Program-made: the position numbers and the translations under genes
Assembly (NCBI GenBank): GCA_048882045.1
Contig: JBHLRZ010000031.1
Span: forward strand, 1 to 15,574
Direction: 5' to 3'
Length of the DNA: 15,574 nucleotides
From: Candidatus Thorarchaeota archaeon
Lineage (GTDB): Archaea; Asgardarchaeota; Thorarchaeia; Thorarchaeales; Thorarchaeaceae
Shown here: piece after piece, positions 15,193 through 15,574 of the stretch
How positions within the stretch are numbered: position 1 is the stretch's first letter
How the letters are laid out: each line of letters begins with the position of its first letter
Notes under the pieces: generated by a model
Told to the model about the DNA's origin: nothing
What the model saw: only the letters and a program-made list of their open reading frames with translations
The model's database searches: none

Positions 15193-15574
15193 AAGTTATA
15201 GACGTACATACCCATACTTGGACTCAGGACATAGTTAGCCAAAAAGATTTGGAGGCTAGAAGAGTAGCTGCTGCTAGGTTGGGTGTTGAACCGAGACTGG
15301 AGTCGCGAATCGAACATCTACAGGAGAAGATGAAAGATGGCGGTGTGGAGCGAGCTGTTGTTCTTCCGATAGACAGTGGTCTGAGTAAGAATGTACCAAT
15401 CTCTCTTTCTGAGAAGACTGACCATCATGTGAATGAGGTGAAGGACATCCCAAATATCTCAACCTTCGTCGGGATTGATCCTAGAAGAGGTGAGGTTGGG
15501 CTGCGAGAACTGGAGCGTGCAGTGAAAGAGAAGGGCTGTCTAGGGTGGAAGATGTATCCACCCCAAGGATTCTA
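15189..15574 (+). CDS. Amidohydrolase_2-family metal-dependent hydrolase, 5' part; runs off the window and is absent from the ORF track
   Basis: TTG start overlaps the PHP stop codon (TTGA), with AGGAGG at 15175-80. Translates as MKVIDVHTH...GVERAVVLP...FVGIDPRR...ELERAVKEKGCLGWKMYPPQGF. Confidence 0.9.
   Translation, partial: MKVIDVHTHTWTQDIVSQKDLEARRVAAARLGVEPRLESRIEHLQEKMKDGGVERAVVLPIDSGLSKNVPISLSEKTDHHVNEVKDIPNISTFVGIDPRRGEVGLRELERAVKEKGCLGWKMYPPQGF

Overview
Gene-dense archaeal chromosomal window of moderate GC. Archaeal-type TPI, FBP aldolase/phosphatase, ABCE1, GGTG/GGAG ribosome-binding sites and TATA-like boxes all point to an archaeon. The gene style suggests an Asgard lineage (e.g. 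Thorarchaeia), but that is inference only. About 20 CDSs are present: a partial YjbQ-like gene, a basic/acidic low-complexity protein, a degenerate NIF3-like protein, a DUF89 phosphatase with tpiA, an SCP2-like protein, a CdrS/aCcr1-like RHH regulator, an MDR dehydrogenase, a parvulin, a GT87-like glycosyltransferase, fbp with a class I aldolase, udp, ABCE1, a small ORF, two tandem membrane-anchored paralogs, and a YkgJ-PHP-amidohydrolase operon. I see no mobile element, CRISPR array, tRNA or rRNA. The best unannotated signals are: (1) a box C/D guide sRNA at ~13851-13926 whose D guide matches conserved 16S rRNA; (2) a Cys-to-Glu substitution in an Fe-S ligand of ABCE1; (3) a NIF3 homolog lacking most metal ligands; (4) an RHH/SCP2-like gene pair sharing an upstream palindrome. 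I found no clear multi-gene novel system. All family calls come from motif recognition by eye, not database searches.
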